DNA of 64,000 nucleotides from Selaginella moellendorffii (lineage: Eukaryota; Plantae; Lycopodiophyta), in contig NW_003314325.1 in assembly GCF_000143415.4 (NCBI RefSeq), positions 150,567-214,566 of the forward strand, in the 5' to 3' direction. Numbering within the stretch: position 1 is the first letter of the stretch; the number at the start of each line of letters is the position of its first letter. The translations under genes and the position numbers were made by a program. Shown piece by piece: positions 46,872 through 59,838 of the stretch. Under the pieces are notes generated by a model. It searched no databases, had not been told where the DNA came from, and saw only the letters and a list, made by a program, of their open reading frames with translations.

Positions 46872-48528
46872 TTAGACAACAAGAAAACTTAGGTGGAGAT
46901 CATTACCACTGCTCGTCTTTGGAGGCAAAATGTAGTAGTGTAAAAGCCTGCAATCGAATCCTCCCACTGTGATAGGCCACTTCCTATCGGCCTTCATTTG
47001 AAGCTGGCGTGTGAGAGTCGAGTTTCCACTGAGCACGTAAACATCAGCTCTGCTGCTATACTGTTTGAGAAATCTCCCCAGCGCCATGTAAGTTGCGATC
47101 AAGCTGTTCACAAAAACTGTCGTCAAGGAGGAACCACATAGATTTCTTGCTTACCTCGGTTCTTCTTCGTTTAGCCTGTTTCCCCACGGAGGATTGACGG
47201 TGACGAGCGACGGACAAACAGGAGGAACATATCTCCGGCAGTCCTCGCAGCTGAGGCGGAGGAGATGTTCCACTCCTGCTCTCTTGGCGTCCCGAGTACA
47301 CAAGAGCAGTGATCCTTCGTGTAAGTCGTTTCCTAGCAGCTGCAAATCTCGAGGCGCTTTGACTTGCGCTTCAGTAGCTTCTTTGCAGCACAGTTTCCAT
47401 TCCATCTTATCGTAGTCGTGCCATTTCTACAAGGAAAAAAAGAAAGAAATCACAATCAAAGGTGAAAAAGCTAGAATGACATACCATGAACGGCCATCGC
47501 GGACGCAAAAGTCCTGGAGCGATATTTAAAGCCATGAGAGCCGCCTCGATCAAAAAAGTCCCCGAGCCACACATGGGATCCATGAGAACTCTCCCTCCAC
47601 CAACATTCTTGTTGAAAGTTCCAAACCCCGGCACAAACTTGTCATTCCACCCGGCCATCGTCAAGATCCCAGCTGCTATCGCTTCGTTCAAGCTGGCCTT
47701 GTGCATAGCGTCCCTATAACCCCTCATGTGAAGGCTCGTCCCGCTCATATCCCTGTATAGCAATGCCTTGTCTCTATACAGAGATAGAAACAATGGCAAG
47801 TCCGCAGCATCGTAGGCGTCTGGCGGATCCGGCCTCTTTCCACCGCAGCAATCCCTGAGAGCGTCACAGATCGCGTCCTTGGCTCGAGTGCAAGCTACCA
47901 TCGTGTTGGAAACCTCCGAGCAATCCCACACTCGGCTATGGATGGAGAAACTCCGCAGCTTTCCTCGATTCCCTGCCACCACCAGCGTCTTCCAATCCAC
48001 TGCATCCTTCACGAAGTTATAGACGGGGTCAGATCGCTGTCCATACCTCGACGATCTTAGATCGGCGGCAGCAATGAGCTGGAGCACGCGAACCGCGCAG
48101 CGTGACCAGAGATTGGCCAGGAATCCCGTGTGCCAGCTTCCAGAGAAGTAGACCCCAGAGGATCCGGTCTTGACGCTGTGAGCTCCGATGGAGGACGCCC
48201 GGAGCTCCGCCGCGACTACGTCTTCCAATCCGGGGGCGCACGTCGCGAAGAATCGCAATGCGCCATCGGCACGCTCAATCTCGTCACTGCGAAACCAGAG
48301 AAACCCCAGGATAAGCCATATGGAGCTGCTAGAGTCGGATTACCTGAAGAAATATGGATGATCCTCGGGCCTGGCGCTCGAGGAAGCGCTGGAATCGTCA
48401 TCGTCCTCCCTGAACGGCACCAATCGTGAAGCGCGACGGGGCCGGCGATGCTGCTGCTGGTGGAAACGCGAGGGAGAACCTCCGGTAGCAGAGATTTGGG
48501 GCAAGAATGCCGCCAATGCCACTCCCAT
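46872..48528 (-). CDS. THUMP-domain SAM-dependent RNA methyltransferase (RlmL/UPF0020-like), probably plastid-targeted
   Basis: FFATCAPGLE, SLHMRGYR, LNEAIAAG, DPMCGSGT and NPPWG motifs. Four exons, including introns 48287-48343 and 47105-47154. Transit-peptide-like first exon. Confidence 0.92.
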
Positions 48529-49299
48529 CCTCAAACCCTAGATTCGGCGTTGGAGACTTCTTATTTTAAATTTCAATTTCATTCTTAATTACGGACAGCA
48601 TGTAAACATCATTCAGTTGAGGATTTCCACAAATTTGCCATCTCAGTTTATATCCTCCTCATGTCTATCTTGAGTAGAAGTTTGGTAACAAGAGGAAATT
48701 TTAAAATTTTGTGTGAAGCATTTTGTCATTAGAATTCTAGAGAAATTGCAACCCCTTTCAATATAAAATCTAGGGAGTTTTATTGTATTGATTAAAAAAT
48801 ACTTTTTATAAATTTTTCATTCATACTTAGTTATGATAGATATAATAGGTAATATTGGGCATAAAAGCAACCTCTTAAGTGTGAAAAGTAATGCAAAAGA
48901 ACACAAAAAACTTAATGATAGGTGGGTTTTTTTTTTTTTCCATTGTCATAGTTGTAATTTTTTCCTCTTGTGAGGCAAGATCCTAGAATATGGTTGCTTG
49001 ATTTAAAGCAAGGATTCAAGTAAAACTTTTGCAATTTAAAGAGTCAAATGTGACAATAAAAAATATAATTTAGGTGTAAAGGAGTGGAGTGTTTTAGCAA
49101 AATTGCTTAGTGATTACAAATTTGAGAGGTTGTTTGTATTTCATGATGGAATTATGGGCATTTTCGAATATGTAACTTTCAAGATAGTGAAGGCAATGAA
49201 TTTGGAATATAAATTTTTAAATCTAGATGGCGTTTTGAGACAACCTTTAACCACCAGTGTGGTTAAGAGTAGTATAAAACTTTATAATTAAACCCTTAT

Positions 49300-52200
49300 T
49301 ATAAACAAATTCATCATTGGTAATTATCCCAATGTAAATGATTTCTCAACATCAGGATCTTTTTTAATTAATAAGAAGTTTAGTTGAAGGTTCATATACA
49401 ATTTTATTTAGGGAAAAATCATTATAGATAACCTCCAAAATAATCCCCATAGATAAGATCACTTTCACTTTTTAAAACCAAGGTAGGGAATTGCTTGTGG
49501 TTGATATTATAAAAAGTTATTAAATGTTGGAGAAAACATTTATATGCTTGATATGATAGTGAAGTTGCATATGCAAAGCTCAATACTTCTACTTAGAGTT
49601 ATTGCCATCTAAAAGTATAGAGCATAACATTTCACAAAAACCTAAAAGTCTCCACTATACAACAATTTTCTTAAGGCTAAACTATCTTTAATATATTCTT
49701 TACACGAGTCTCAAGTGTTTTGGCATGAGGGTCAATTACACCATAGTTATGCTTGCTACCATTTATAAATGATTGTCACCACTAATAGCAAAAGCAAGTG
49801 GAAGGGCAAATGAAGTAGTAGATGGATAATATAGTCAAATGTGATAAAGAAGCTGAAGTTAAAGAACCTCCTCTAATTGCATATAAAAAAGCCACTACCA
49901 ATAGAAAAAGGGTGCAAAGGCTAATGTACTTAGAAAAGGTAACTAAAGGTAGAGAATTTACTTGAACCACACTTAAAAGAGGTGGAGCATAAAAGTTGGT
50001 AGGGTTTAATTTAGCACTACTTGCTTCAATTACATCAATACCAATGCCTAGACACTTTATTTATTTTGACACTGGGGTATTAATGTCAAATACAATATGG
50101 AGTAATCATTCAAATATTACTAACATCAAAAGGAATGGTTAGTTATTAACCATACAAAATTTTATGGTATATATTGCATCATTCACTCTCAACCCAAAAT
50201 TTAAAGAGTTATATTGCATTGATCAATTAAATCTTTTATAACTTTTGCATTCATACTTGGTTGTGATAAATATAATAGGCAATCCTGGGATACAAGAATA
50301 ACCTCCCAAATGTAGGAAGTAACCAAAAGAGCACGGGAGCTCAATAATGGATAAGCCCATTTTTTATTTATTTCTATAGCTATAATTATTAGATAAGATT
50401 CAAAAATGTGATTACTCAATTTAGAGTGAGGATTAATGAGTGTATGTGGTTTGAGTTATCGAGCAAGTTTTTACTTTTCTTTTTGTTGATAAGGACAAAA
50501 AAAATCAAAACTTTACCCCATTTTCCATACTAATGCTTTCTTGAGGTAACAAACCTTTATAATGAGTAAAGAGTTCAATTCATTTGTTATGAAATAAATC
50601 TATTCCTTCATATTTTTTCTTCACTTAATAGCTACTGAAGCTCTTTCGTTACATCAGTGAGTCAAGCATCATCTATAAATGGTAGCTGCACAACTCTTTT
50701 TTAGGCTTTTATATATGATTTGATTCAGGGAAAATTTGTTATATGCATACTCTTAAATAATCCTTATAGTCAAACTAAAAAATTTATTTTCTCTTTAAAT
50801 CGAGATGGGATTATTTATAATGGCCACTACAACAACTTATTGACTTGATTTTGAAAGAGACCTTTATGTGGCTGATATGATAGTGAAAGTGCACAAGCAA
50901 AGCTCTCTACTTCTTCCTAAAGTTTTTACAATTCAAAAGTATAGAACAATCATTATTGAGATTGGTACTTTCAAAAGCTTAAAATTCTTTATCAATATAT
51001 AGCAATTTTTTTAAGAACAAGCTACCTTTGTTGTGTTCTTTACCTAAGTTTAAATATTTTGGCATGCGGGTTAGTGGCACCATGGGCATGTCTGTTATCT
51101 TTTACAAATTAATTACTACCACTTTTAGCAAAAGTAGATAAAAGGGTAACTAGAGTAAGTTAAGTATTTAGAATTGGAGGATATACTTCAACCATACCAT
51201 TAGTAGTAAGATTGTTTGGAAGAACTGCAGTTGAAAATGATGTGGTAGTTGGAAGTGAAGGATTTATTTGAGTTACATATAGTATAAGTAGCATTGTAGT
51301 CAAAAAAGCCTATTTTAGCTATGCTTGCTCTAGCTACACTAAGGATAATTTTTATACATTTCATTCTTTTTTTTGTATAGGGTTGTTAGGGCTAAATATA
51401 ATCATCCAAATCTTATTAACATCAAAAAGAATTGTTAAGCATTGACCAACTTGATATATATTAACCATACATGAAATTCTAAGATATATATTGCATCACT
51501 CTCGACATAAAACTTAAAGTGGTATATTGTATTGATCAAATAAACTTTATATGACTTGTATTTTACATTTGGTTATGATAGATATAACAGATACTCTTAG
51601 GGTACAAAACAACCTCCCAAACATGGGAAGTAGTGTAAAAAAGCACAAAGAATTTAATAATGGATGAAACTATTTTTGTTTATTTCCATGGCTATAATTA
51701 TTCCTTCTTATGAGGTAAGATTTGAGAATATAGTTACTCAATATAGAATAATGATTAATAAACTTGTGGCTTAAGTTGACAAGCAAAAACTTTTGTCATT
51801 CTCTTTGCTAATAGGGCATAAAAAGATCATCCCAAATGAGCTCATCATTGGTGATTAACTTAATATAGATACTTTTTTAAAGTAAACCTTTAATAATTAA
51901 TACAAAGTTTTGTTGATTTGTTATGTAAGAGTAATTTTATTTAAGGAAAAATCATCGCAAGTGAGCTCCTAAATGATCCCCATAGCTAAACTAAGAAATT
52001 AATTATTTCTACTTTCTAGAACTAATTTGGGGGATTGTTTACATTAGTGATTGTAACAAATTATCAACTTAATGTTAGAGGAAATTTTTATATGCTCAAT
52101 ATGATAATGAAAATGCACAGGCAAAGTTCAATACTTATACATAAAGTTACTACCATCTAGATATATCAAGCAATTATTACTAACGTCAGCACTTCACAAT

Positions 52201-52700
52201 GACCTAAGATTCTCTATCAGTATATAACAATTTTGTTGAGGCTAAACCACCCTTACTATATTCTTTACGTGGATCTCAAGCATTTCTACATAAAGGCTAA
52301 TGGCACAATAGATATATTTTCTACTGTTTATAAGTGATCACTATTATTTATACAACTGGAGTGGGACACATAAAGATTAATATAACTGAAAAACAAAGGG
52401 TATAAAATGGGAGGTTGTGTGGTTAATATAGCTAAAGGAAAAGGGGTAGTTGGAAGTGGAGATCTTGCTCTAGCCACACTTGAAAAAGGTGGAACATTGA
52501 CTCCTTCAAAGCATAGTTCAATGGTTTTAGTTATATTAAAATTAATGCCTATAAATTTTGTTTATATAAGGTTAAATTGATATGAAAAAATTATCCAAAT
52601 CTTACAATGGTTAGGCTTTGACTAAACTTAAAATTCTAAGGGTATTATTCACTCTTAACCCAAAATTTAGATATTGATTAAATAAACAAGGTTTTTATTG
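49300..52700. repeat. About three highly diverged tandem units of ~1.2-1.3 kb (decayed retroelement-like sequence)
   Basis: Anchor ATATGATAxTGAAxxTGCA..GCAAAG recurs at about 49551, 50876 and 52099. Other anchors recur in the same order. Confidence 0.65.
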
Positions 52701-53129
52701 GATTATGAATGCATTGATTAGTCTCATATTTGAAAAACATAAGAATCTATAGGAAGAAGATGTTCTTTTTTTTGTTTGAGATTGGATTTAAAACTTACAA
52801 GTTTAACAAATGACATTACGGTATAAATGAGTTTTTTCTTTTTCTTTTTCTTTTTCCTCTTCTTTTTGAGGCTTCTAAACAATGGTTTGTTGGTAGGTCA
52901 TTACTTTGAAATCCTTGATAAAATAAATAAATATTAAATTTTAATGTAGTATATATAAAAGTTAGAGTTCTAAAGTGGAAAAAACTGTGCCTTCAAAAGT
53001 TACAATAGACTCAAGCTTGATCAAATTGTGAAAGCTTCTAAATATATTGACAATATCTTATAGTTTTGACAATCATACACACTATATCCCGCTCCCGCTC
53101 TTGGTTCCTAGAGCAAAAGAAACTATGAT

Positions 53130-53890
53130 ATATGAATTGGATTATTTCTTAGAATTATGAGAGGTTCTTACAAACAAATAAAAACCTAATCTAATTGTCC
53201 ACCAATTCTTTATATCTAGAATATGCATGGCAATAAACAACACTAACAACAAGAGAAGGATTCTATTAAAAGAGTACAAATGGGAGGTTAGAAGTTTTCT
53301 TGTATAATGATGATGTTATGCTTGAGTTTGAGCAAAAACCTATCACTTAAATTTCTAATTAATGACTAAACTTAAATTAGAAATTAACACTACACACAAT
53401 TTCTAAAAGAATTTCAATTTTGTCCCTTATGAGGGAGGAGAAACAATAGGAGCTTCTATTAACTACATTGTTAATCTCTTTTATGTTCAATAAGCATTTC
53501 TCAAGCCCAATACATCAATGTTTTAAAAATTGAGTTTAGTAGTATATTTTAATCTAAGACTCAGTAATTAATTATAAACTTGAGTGATCAGTCTTTGCTC
53601 AAACTCAAGCACAACATCATCATCATACAAAAGAACTTCTGACCTCTTCTTTTAATTGTATGCTTTAAGTAGATTGCTCCTTTTATTGCTCATGCTACAC
53701 TCATCACCAATATATCATTCTAGAATTAGAGCAATGGCACAAAATGCTCAACATTGATAAGTTTTTGATTTTTTTGAAAGAACTTTTTATAATTTAGAGA
53801 AATAGTCTAATTCATGGGTTGTGGTTGGATAAGTTTTTGATTTATTTGCAAAAACCTCTTATAAATTCAAAAAAATAGTCTGATTTATGG
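53130..53890. repeat. Imperfect long inverted repeat (foldback)
   Basis: 53284-53350 is the reverse complement of 53580-53646. 53130-53190 is complementary to both 53756-53816 and 53826-53890. Confidence 0.75.
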
Positions 53891-53895
53891 GTTGT

Positions 53896-54070
53896 TGTAG
53901 TGTATATGGTTTTCACCCTTTATCCTATAGTGATTTACCATAGGATAACCATGAAGTGAAACTTATATGCCATGTGTCTAAGAACAACAGAGTTTCACCA
54001 TTAAATGGACAGAGCCAAACTCCTAAGTAGGAGCAAAGGAAGCAGAGCATAGAATGACCTCAGAATACTT
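53896..54070 (-). repeat. Decayed 3' end of the LTR family seen at 172-1396
   Basis: TGTAGTG..ACCCTTTATCCTATAGTGATTTACCATAGGATAAC matches the reverse complement of the LTR terminus. Confidence 0.75.
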
Positions 54071-55444
54071 TTGCACATAAATATTACATAAACCATACAT
54101 ACCATAAAATTTATGATTTGCATGTTGAAATTATGTGATAATATTTAGGTCATTTAACTTAAGTGAATGATGGCATGGTGGATTCAAGCACAATTGTGGC
54201 ACTAGATTTGACCATGGTAGTGCAATTAAGTGTGGCAGTCATGTTGGGCATGGCAGTGGAGGTGCTTGTGAGAGTTGTGTTGAAGAGAGTTGTGCCCTGG
54301 CTAGGGATGGATGGAAACTGGATGGATGGAGCAAGGAACAAGAGAGAAAAGAAATTCCCATTTTCACCCCTAGAACTCTATGCTAGATGCTCTAAAGGGG
54401 AGAACTTATTGCATTATTGGAGTGGCTTTCAGCCATAGCCACAAATCCTCTACCCACATGCAACATAGTCACAATGTACACAGCTCTCATACACTTGTAG
54501 CAAATGACCCTTGCAAGCCAATGGAATCCCTCCCAATCATATCACCCTCATTGAGATCCTCTCAACCTGCATGCATCCATGAGTGGATCATTGATTTGGG
54601 CCTTCACTAAGATTCCATCTTTGGCACCACTCTCATTGCTTTTACTTTCAGTTTTAGTTCCAGGGGGAGAGTTTTTATTTCTAGTTCTAGTTTTAAAGGC
54701 ATTCTAGTTTTCAAGATCTTGGGGATTTGAGTGAGCTTTGAAAAAGGAGCTTGGCCAAGATCCAAGGGAAGAGTATGAGGAGAACAAGAGGATGAGAAGG
54801 AGCTCACAAAATCAGCATCAAGGAAGAAACATGCTCCCAATTGAACAAGAGAAGAAGCCATGGCTTTGATTGAGCTCAAAGCCATGGAGCATGTAGAGTG
54901 GAGGGTTATGACTCAATGGGAGAAAGGAAATTTCCCCTTGAATGGCGGCAGTTTGTAGAGAAGATGGAGAAGACTTGCATAGAGCATGATAGTGATGGTT
55001 ACAAGCGGAAGTGAGAGAGCCTTGAGGGGATGTATAAGCAAATCAAGGAAAACAATCAGAAAACAGGTGCTGCAAACTTCTTCATGCTTGCATGGGAAAA
55101 AATAATCACATTGAAGCTTTAGACAACAATGGACATGTTTGAAGCAATGTATACCTTCCTCTTTGACTGTGGTGTTGTTGCTCCTTGCCACCTCACTAAT
55201 TCTGATCATCAAGCTCATGCTCCAAATGATCAAGAAGATGAGATATTGGGTAGCACTAATAGCATGATGTAGGATGCAAGTGGTAGTAGTGGGCAAAGGA
55301 AGAAATCAAGCAGCCACTCTCTTGTTAGAGCTCTCCGAGATGGTAACTCGCTAGCTACTGACTAAATGGAAGCAAGAGTGAAGCAATTCAAGTTGATCTA
55401 TGATCTGGAAAAGGAGAAGTATAAAATTGAGAAGGGGCAAATAG

Positions 55445-55831
55445 TGTCAAGACCCCCAACAAGATCAAGACTAGAAAATGCAAAAGACAAAGAGAAAAGC
55501 TAGTGGAAACAAAGAAGAGGCCTTAGACTGGTGTTGATTCAGATTGTGGAGAAATGGAACAAGGCTAACCTATATATACTATAAGTTGATAAAGCTCCAC
55601 CACTCTTGGATTGAGGACGGTCTAAATATAGCTGAGGTCGAGGAGGCACCACATCATCATCAGGAATGTGGCTCAAGACTCAGGAATCATACAGGAAATC
55701 AGAGAGTCAGGAATAGGGAAAAGTCTCAAGAGTCAGGAATAGGGAAGTGTCTCGAGAATCAGGAATGTGGTCTACAGGTCAGGAATATAGCGAGATTCAG
55801 GAATGTGGTATAAAATGGGGGATTCTTGACA
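55445..55831 (-). repeat. 3' LTR of chromovirus
   Basis: TGTCAAGA...TCTTGACA, with internal CAGGAAT repeats. Confidence 0.95.
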
Positions 55832-58451
55832 GCACCCCCTCCTCAAGAACGAGTAGAACGAGGACGTGAATGAGAATGAAGAGGAGGATGAAATGGGCGG
55901 CGAGGGACGGGAGATGGAGAAAAAGAATAGGACTAGGACGAGAAGGATAACGGCGGTGGAAGTCTTGAACAAGGTCAGGAGAATGAATCAGGTTGTCCGC
56001 AGGTTCCCAAGTGCGTTCTTCAGGTCCATAACCCTTCCAGTCGACTAGATAGTAGAGTTTAAACCGTGAGATCTTGGAATCAAGGATGTCCTAAACCTTG
56101 TACTCAGACCCATCCTCGAGCTGCACCAGTGGAGGCAGAGGAATGACCTGATTTGGAATAGGACTAGGAATATAAGGCTCAAGGAGAGAGGAATGAAAAA
56201 CGGGGTGAATTTGATAGGAGGAGGGAAGTGCAAGGTGATAAGTAATAGGATTAATGATAGCAGTGATAGGGAAAGGACCGAGGCATTTGAAATCAAGTTT
56301 GGAACTCCACAGACTGCTGATCGAAGGAACATTTCTCAAGCTTCGCATATAGGCCGTGTTCTCGCAGCTTCGCCAGGACCTTGCGTACATGTTCGTCATG
56401 CTCCTCTTGAGTTTTTTAGTAGATGAGGATGTCATCGAGGTAGACGATCACCATCTAATCAAGAAACTCCTGAAAGACGTCATTCGCCATGTGTTGGAAA
56501 ACTGCTGGAGCATTTGCCAAGCCAAATGGCATGACAGTGTACTCGAAGTGGCCATAGCAGGTTCGGAACGCAGTCTTCCATTCATCACCAAGTCGGATCC
56601 GAATCAGGTTGTATGCTCCACGGAGGTCGATCTTGGTGAAGAAGCGGGCACCGCCGAGGCATTCCAACAGGTCCAAGATCAGGGGCAGCGGATAACAGTT
56701 CCGAACAGTCACCTTGTTCAAACCTCGGTAGTCGATGACTAGCCACAAACTCCCATCCTTCTTCTTGACAAAGAAGACAGGCGCTCCAGCCGGGGACTGC
56801 GAATGTTGAATGTACCCAGAGGCAAGGTTGTCATCCATGTACTCTTTGAGGGCCTTAAGCTCAGACGGGGATAACCGTAGATAGGCCCCCACGAAGGTGA
56901 CGCTCCTTCCTGTAAATCAATGGGACAGTCATAAGGCTGATGAACAAGTAGTACATTAGCTTTTTTCTTGTCAAACACATCCCCAAAATCATGATACTTC
57001 TCAGGAAGACTAACAGGAGAAACATGCAAAGCAAAAAGGAAAATAGATTCTTCATGAAGGAGTTCTTTCATAGTGATTGTAGAGATAGGAGGAGGCATAC
57101 GACTAAATGGAATGATGAGATGAGGATACTGTCCAGTGTAAGATGGAGGAGAGGAAAAAGAAGAGGGTGAAAACTTCGTAGAGTCAAGAACAAAACCCCG
57201 ATTTGAGTTTAGGGAACTTTTCCTGATTCGGACTCGATGAACAGTAGGGGAAGCCGTGGGAGATGGTGATATGGGAGAGATGAGCTGTAATTCCTTCCAA
57301 CAGATCTGAGGCTGATGTAGTTGGAACCAAGGAAGACTAAGCACCACAGAGGAGGACTTGCTGTTGATGATGTTGAAGGCGATATCGGTGACGGTGGACC
57401 CGATGTGTATTCGAACGGGCAACATTTCCCTAAGTCCAGAAGATGGAGACACAAAATGCCCGCTGATGCCTTCAACCCTCAGATCCTGTATGGTAGAAGA
57501 AAAAGGAACGTGATGTCGGGCAGCAAAGTCTGTGTCCATGAAGCAGGAAGTTGCACCCGAGTCCAGTAGCGCCAGAGCCTTGAGTCCTGATTCTCCGGTG
57601 AAAGAAAGGAGACATGGAATGCAGAAGTTGTGGGAATTAGTGGTGGCTTTAATGAAAGGTGGTGAGGAGCTTGATAAAGAAGAAAAGTGATTTTTATTCG
57701 GGGAATCTAAACAGACAGCTCCTACTCTGTTTGGACAGGGTCGTTTCCCGACTGCAACAAAGGTGGATTTTGAGGCAGAGTGAACTCGAGCAGTCGGGGA
57801 GGCTTCTTGGGACACATAGCTGCTTTGTGATTAAGTTCAACACAATAGAGGCAAAGATTATGAGATATTCGACATTGCTTCTCAACAGGACTCAACTTCC
57901 CTTTTATGAGTCAGGGAGTACTAGAAATATCCATCGGGACCGAAGCAATAGGTTCAGGAGTATGCCCCGAAGACTCAAGCTGGGATTCCTGAGTCTAGGA
58001 CGGAAAAACAGCAGCACGGCGACTTTCCTGATGACGCTCAAAGAGACGATTGTCACATCGAATAGCTTTGTTGATGGCATCCGACAGGTCCTTGGGATCC
58101 TCCATGGTGAGCAACAAATCCTTGACACCGTTGTTGAGGCCGAAACGAAATTGGTCAATCAGGGCCCGCTCATCCCACTGAGTGTCCAAGGCAAGGAGTT
58201 GGAACTCTGCAGCGTAGATTGAGGCAAGACAAAACCCCTGAGAGAGATGTCTCATCTTTGTGGTAGCAGCCCGAACCCGATCCGTCTCGCCAAAACATGC
58301 TTCGAGCTTCTCTTTGAACAATTGAAGGTCCATCAGCTTCGGAACCACGACCCCTTTCATGCTCTTCTCCAAAAAAGGAGAAAACCATGACAAAGCTGCA
58401 CCTTCGAGCAACATCCCAATCGCGCCGATTTGAGACTCGGGAGTGGGGTAC

Positions 58452-59104
58452 TGTAGCGCACCTTATCTCTCTCCCCTTAAGCCAACTGGAAAAGGGGCAA
58501 TTGCTTGATGAGAGAGCCCTTGGTGGCTATTTTATCCCCATTTATCCCCTAAGGTTCCAAGGATCCACGGTGACAGTATATCCAAATCTTATCCCATGAT
58601 CACATGCGCTACACTCACCCCCCCTTCAGAGATGTCAATATGCTGGTTACTGAGCCAAGGGGAACCAGCACCTCCATTTCCGCACTCAATCTACCAATCC
58701 TTCCATTGTGTAGACTAACTATTCCATGTGAGGCAACTAGTCATCCACCCGTACCGCAGTCCCACGGTGGATACCTTCGTCCGTGGATACTCCACACAAG
58801 AGGAAGGACGTACGTATGGATGCCCAATACGTACGATTTCAAATTTAGGGGTAGGAATATACCTTGCTCAAGGGTATATTATATTTTTAAGTAGCCACTA
58901 ATCAATAGGAATCAAACCCGTGCCATTTGCTCCGATACCAACTGTAGCGCACCTTATCTCTCTCCCCTTAAGCCAACTAGAAAAGGGGCAATTGCTTGAT
59001 GAGAGAGCCCTTAGTGGCTATTTTATCCCCATTTATCCCCCAAAGTTCCAAGGATCCACGGTGACAGTATATCCAAATCTCATCCCATGATCACATGCGC
59101 TACA
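58452..59104 (-). mobile_element. TRIM (653-bp miniature LTR element) inserted in the chromovirus gag
   Basis: 162-bp LTRs (58452-58613 and 58943-59104) with TGTAGCGCA...TGCGCTACA ends. TSD GGTAC. PBS TGGTATCGGAGC (58929-58940, minus strand) and PPT next to 58613. 329-bp non-coding core. Confidence 0.95.
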
Positions 59105-59451
59105 GGTACTGCCGATGTTGAAATGCGAAGATCAGCTCCATCTAGTTCAGGAATCCGCAAAGCTCCGAACGCTTGCCTGAAAATTTTGCCGGGAAACTCA
59201 CCTTCGGTTCAGAAACTTTGCTGGATCCTTGAGCCGAAAGTGAAGCAAGCTCTTGCTGCATGCGAAGAAGGGTCACCTTCAGCTCGGTATTCTCAGATTG
59301 GATTTTTGCAAGGACTTCGGCAAAGAAATAAGGATGGCTTGGAGACTCCATCGGCAGAAAGAAACAAAAAGGGGGAAAAAAGGCAAAGGCAGTCAAACAA
59401 TCAAAATGAGCTAAAGGAAAAAAATGAAAAAAAACACAATCTGAATCAAAC

Positions 59452-59838
59452 TGTCAAGACCCCCAACAAGATCAAGACTGGAAAATGCAAAAGACAAAGA
59501 GAAAAACTAATGGAAACAAAGAAGAAGCCTTAGACTGGTGTTGATTCAGATTGTGGAGAAATGGAACAAGGCTAACCTATATATACTATAAGTTGATGAA
59601 GCTCCACCACTCTTGGATTGAGGACGGCCTAAATATAGTTGAGGTCGAGGAGGCGCCACATCATTATCAGGAATGTGGCTCAAGACTCAGGAATCATACA
59701 GGAAATCAGACAGTCAGGAATAGGGAAAAGTCTTGAGAGTCAGGAATAGGGAAGTGTGTCAAGAATCAAGAATGTGGTCTACAGGTCAGGAATCCAACGA
59801 GATTCAGGAATGTGGTATGAATTGGGGGATTCCTGACA
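59452..59838 (-). repeat. 5' LTR of chromovirus
   Basis: Copy of 55445-55831 with about 20 substitutions counted by eye. Confidence 0.95.

Larger units (their letters stand above)
55445..59838 (-). mobile_element. Ty3/Gypsy chromovirus (Tcn1-like), internally deleted
   Basis: 387-bp LTRs, TSD AATAG (55440-55444 and 59839-59843), PPT next to 55831. Gag from 59351, protease LDSGAT, RT ([17 protein letters not shown]), GPF motif and chromodomain ([17 protein letters not shown]). Stops and frameshifts present. Confidence 0.95.

Noticed and set aside
47118-47135. U12-like branch sequence TCCTTGAC in a methyltransferase intron
   Set aside because: The donor is a normal GTAAGC, so the intron is U2-type.
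58452-59104. TRIM as a Cassandra element or hammerhead retrozyme
   Set aside because: No 5S rRNA-like box in the LTRs and no CTGANGA...GAAA core with flanking stems on either strand.
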